Origin: Octopus bimaculoides
Taxonomy: Eukaryota
NCBI RefSeq assembly: GCF_001194135.2
Contig: NC_069002.1
Span: 23,405,996-23,469,995 of the forward strand
Length of the DNA stretch: 64,000 nt
Direction: 5' to 3'
The translations under genes and the position numbers were made by a program. Numbering within the stretch: position 1 is the first letter of the stretch; each line of letters starts with the position of its first letter. Below, piece after piece: positions 63,851 through 64,000 of this stretch. The notes under the pieces are model-generated. The model had not been told where the DNA came from. It searched no databases and was given only the letters and a program-made list of their open reading frames with translations.

Positions 63851-64000
63851 GTTCGAAATATAGATGGTAAATGTTTTTAATTTTCATTCCTTTCGAAATT
63901 ATCCCTAATTTTGTGGTGTAGAGCTGTGGCTGCTCTTTCTAGCGGGTCAGATGTCCTTTTATGGGCATCTCTAATGTGTATTAAATGTACACTGTATCAT

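Overview
AT-rich, repeat-saturated eukaryotic DNA from a fragmented draft assembly, with 14 N-gaps totalling about 8.1 kb, most next to (TA)n or (CA)n tracts. The repeat families look like those I recall from octopus/coleoid cephalopod genomes; this is inference and was not checked by search. I can identify no intact host gene. Nearly all long ORFs in the supplied track are artefacts of gaps or microsatellites, and only a few isolated candidate exons have plausible splice signals. The window holds several SINE families, nine fragments of an R4/Dong-clade RLE non-LTR retrotransposon associated with (TAA)n, RTE LINE fragments, mariner (DD34D) and maT (DD37D) remnants, TTAA-flanked MITEs, Helitron-like elements, a candidate solo LTR and several decayed minisatellites. 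The most notable signals are two hammerhead-ribozyme-like motifs. One is a type I hammerhead with an intact catalytic core at 27858-27923 (-). The other is a degenerate minimal hammerhead forming the loop of a ~200-bp-arm foldback element at 40265-40950. There is also an internally deleted, non-autonomous Dong derivative at 10836-11580. Repeat boundaries were read by eye and are approximate to about 10-20 bp unless termini are quoted.
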